Positions 57,952 to 60,219 of a stretch of DNA of 60,219 bases are shown one piece after another. The stretch comes from an uncultured bacterium (GTDB lineage Bacteria > Omnitrophota > Omnitrophia > Omnitrophales > Aquincolibacteriaceae): NCBI GenBank assembly GCA_964511315.1, contig CAZEFF010000007.1, forward strand, positions 1-60,219, given 5' to 3'. The position numbers and the translations under genes are program-made. The number at the start of each line of letters is the position of its first letter. Positions within the stretch are counted from its first letter, which is position 1. Below the pieces are notes generated by a model, which was not told the DNA's origin, ran no database searches, and saw only the letters and a list, made by a program, of their open reading frames with translations.

Positions 57952-58825
57952 CGCGCTGATCAAGCCGAACCCTGTTTTGGAACTCGGGCGGAAAGTGGCT
58001 CAGCGTCTGCATTGCTGTCATGACGTCATTTCGCTCGATCATACCGCGGTGATCAAAAAGCAAAAAGAATTGGGCGTGCATAGGTTTCCAGGCGGGAAAA
58101 AAAACGGGGAAGAGCCTGTTTTTTTGCTGCGAGTGGATGATTTGCCATCGCCCCATGGAGAGCTCAAGGATTTTTTGCGCTTCCACGAACTTTTGAAAAA
58201 ATATCAGCTGCCTTACTTGTTAGCCGTAACCCCGTTTTGGCAGGGCAGAGCCGCGTTTACGAATGAGGAGGCGGATGTTTTGAAGCGAATTACGCGGGAA
58301 GGGGTTGAGCTGGCCTTGCATGGATTTACCCATCAAAAAATATCCTTGAACATCGCGAGTGAGCTGCTTGGATTGTCTGAGGGATCTCTCAAATTGAAGA
58401 TTAAGTCCGCGGTCGAATACCTTTCTACTTTAGGATGTGACCCGAAGGTGTTTGTGGCCCCTTACAATTCCTATGACCCCGCGACAATACCTGTGCTTTC
58501 AAAATGCTTTTCTGTGCTTTGCGGCGGGCCCGAATCTGTCCGCTCGTTTGGGTACCGTATTCCTTCTTTTTTTCAGGGGAGCTTCTATTTACCGTCCTAT
58601 CGGTATGCGTATGATTTGCGTGATAATCAAATGAAAACGTTTGACCGGTTGATTCAAGCGGCCTCGGGACTAGTGATTCCAATCACCATGCATTGGGCGA
58701 ATGAAGTTAAAGACGGGTTTAAAACCCTTGAGAAAATTATTTTCCGCGTAAAGGGGCGAGTGATTTCTTGGAATGAATTTCTTCAGTCGGTTGACGCAAT
58801 GAAGAGTGCGAAAAATGATGAATAA
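57938..58825 (+). CDS. Polysaccharide deacetylase-like (NodB/DUF2334-type)
   Basis: LRVDD, LALHGFTH, FVAPYN, MHW. Confidence 0.75.
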   Translation: MNENSALIKPNPVLELGRKVAQRLHCCHDVISLDHTAVIKKQKELGVHRFPGGKKNGEEPVFLLRVDDLPSPHGELKDFLRFHELLKKYQLPYLLAVTPFWQGRAAFTNEEADVLKRITREGVELALHGFTHQKISLNIASELLGLSEGSLKLKIKSAVEYLSTLGCDPKVFVAPYNSYDPATIPVLSKCFSVLCGGPESVRSFGYRIPSFFQGSFYLPSYRYAYDLRDNQMKTFDRLIQAASGLVIPITMHWANEVKDGFKTLEKIIFRVKGRVISWNEFLQSVDAMKSAKNDE

Positions 58826-59405
58826 TTTGACCCATTATTTGGCTTGGTGTCTGGGACTGGCAAAGCCTTGGACCTATTATTCTGAGGCGGAATGCGGACT
58901 GCTTGAAAAGTACGCGCGAAATAAAAAGCGGTTAGTCGAAATCGGCTGCTGGCAGGGAGTGAATACGGCAAGGCTCCGCAAGGCAATGCCGCCGGAAGCC
59001 GTATTCTACGCGGTGGATCCTTACCCTAAAGGGAGGTTTGGTGTAAATTTCGCGCAATGGATCGCGGCGAAAGAAGTTGAAAAAATAAAGAATGGAACTC
59101 TGATCTGGGTTCAAAAAACAGATTTAGAGGCGGCCACTTGGATGAAATCTCAGAAAGCCGCTTTGCTGGATTTTATTTTCAGTGATTCGTGTAATTCATA
59201 TGAAGGGTTTAAGGCTTGCTGGGAAGCTTGGAGTCCTTTGCTGGCATCGCAGGGGATTTATGTGCTGGCGAACAGCTGCTCGGACAGTTCAGGGAAAATC
59301 GAAAATGCGGGTAGTGTAAGGTTTACGCGGGATGTGATCATGAAAGATGAGCGCTATGAATTTCTCGAGTCGGCCGGAAGCTTTACGATCATGAGAAAGC
59401 GATGA
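58815..59405 (+). CDS. Class I SAM-dependent methyltransferase (Methyltransf_24-like)
   Basis: VEIGCWQG, YAVDPY, LDFIFSD..NSYE. Confidence 0.72.
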   Translation: MMNNLTHYLAWCLGLAKPWTYYSEAECGLLEKYARNKKRLVEIGCWQGVNTARLRKAMPPEAVFYAVDPYPKGRFGVNFAQWIAAKEVEKIKNGTLIWVQKTDLEAATWMKSQKAALLDFIFSDSCNSYEGFKACWEAWSPLLASQGIYVLANSCSDSSGKIENAGSVRFTRDVIMKDERYEFLESAGSFTIMRKR

Positions 59406-60163
59406 ACTCATTTTCAAAAACTCTGGATACATGCCCCTTTCTCTTTCGCCGGCATAAATTCGTGAAACCGCTTCTCGCTTTATCCTTATGCGGACCTATC
59501 CAAGAGATTGAATTCAATGACGGGGCAAGGCTGTACGGGGATATCCGCGAACCCTTTCCGCGAAGCTATTTTTTAACAAAGTTTTACAATACGGAATATT
59601 GCGCGTTGGCCCGCGCGTTTATGGCGAAAGGCGGCCATTATTTTGATATTGGAGCCAATTATGGATTCTGTTCTTTCGGGATTCTTGGAGATGGAACCCT
59701 TTTAAAGGATGCTGAGCTTCATCTTTTCGAAGCTAACCCCGCAATGGCTGAGCTGCTGCAGCGTTCCGCGAAGATGTTTTATCCGAGGCATTCGATTCAT
59801 ATTGAAAACGCGGCAGTCTGTAATCGAAATGGGGAGTCCGGTTTTTTTCTTAAAAATGGACATCTTGGAGGGTCGTATTTATCGGCTGAGGGCAAGCTGA
59901 AAGTCCGTAACGTGACTTTGGACGGCTATTTCGAGTTCAATAAAATTCACGAAGCCGTGTTCATGAAAATGGATATTGAGGGCGCTGAATCCCTTGCCTT
60001 AGACGGCGGGAAGAAAATTTTTTCCGAAGGCCGTGTCCGGGCTCTTTATATTGAAGTCGCGGCTGAAACGCTCAAGAAATTCAATACGGCTCCGGATCAG
60101 CTTATCAATAAAATCTATTGTCGCTCAACTTATGAACTCCATTCTTGTGCCAACAATCACTAA
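59402..60163 (+). CDS. FkbM-family methyltransferase
   Basis: FDIGANYG, FEANP, ENAAV, TLDGY, KMDIEGAE. Confidence 0.88.
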   Translation: MNSFSKTLDTCPFLFRRHKFVKPLLALSLCGPIQEIEFNDGARLYGDIREPFPRSYFLTKFYNTEYCALARAFMAKGGHYFDIGANYGFCSFGILGDGTLLKDAELHLFEANPAMAELLQRSAKMFYPRHSIHIENAAVCNRNGESGFFLKNGHLGGSYLSAEGKLKVRNVTLDGYFEFNKIHEAVFMKMDIEGAESLALDGGKKIFSEGRVRALYIEVAAETLKKFNTAPDQLINKIYCRSTYELHSCANNH

Positions 60164-60219
60164 TATTTATATTGAAAAGAACCTGTTTGAAGTGAACGGA
60201 CTCGTTTACGATGTCTTTT

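Noticed and set aside
58088-58108. Poly-A tract in the deacetylase as a phase-variation switch
   Set aside because: Runs of 7-9 A/T are common throughout this window and the ORF is intact.
60100-60219. Odd FkbM C-terminus suggesting a frameshift
   Set aside because: All core motifs are complete before it and it lies at the window edge; it cannot be judged without reads or homologs.

Overview
Bacterial genomic window with four regions. (1) 1-25.8 kb is one tightly packed + strand operon. It holds the 3' part of a giant Ig-like repeat surface protein (>3900 aa, 35 repeat units, 5' end outside the window), a single-pass membrane partner, and a divergent F-type ATPase set (epsilon, c, b-delta fusion, alpha, gamma, beta) with NO subunit a. 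These run directly into a stand-alone MshEN protein and a T2SS/type IV filament set (E, F, I, J, K, PilM/N-like L, M, G; no secretin). (2) 26.8-33.5 kb and 44-60 kb form a surface-glycan locus: Wza-like, Wzc, GT2, GT4, five of the window's seven GT-C-fold membrane proteins, SGNH, VanZ, Wzz-like, RfbF/RfbG, a deacetylase and methyltransferases. (3) 33.5-43.9 kb is a - strand lasso-peptide cluster nested in the glycan locus: nucleotidyltransferase, two GT-C, RRE, B2 protease, two cyclases and a kinase. It includes a 50-aa precursor missed by the ORF track (34438-34590; core GTRTRANDLGSTAVANKTRSGTT, predicted Gly1-Asp8 ring). (4) 54.1-55.8 kb holds a DNA-binding-domain-only LexA with a clear promoter/operator and two 277-bp GIY-YIG cassettes bounded by 14-bp inverted repeats; one of them visibly inserted into the 3' end of rfbF. 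The gene content resembles Omnitrophota/PVC-type genomes, but that is inference only. No rRNA, tRNA or CRISPR array was seen. All family assignments come from motif recognition by eye, not database searches.
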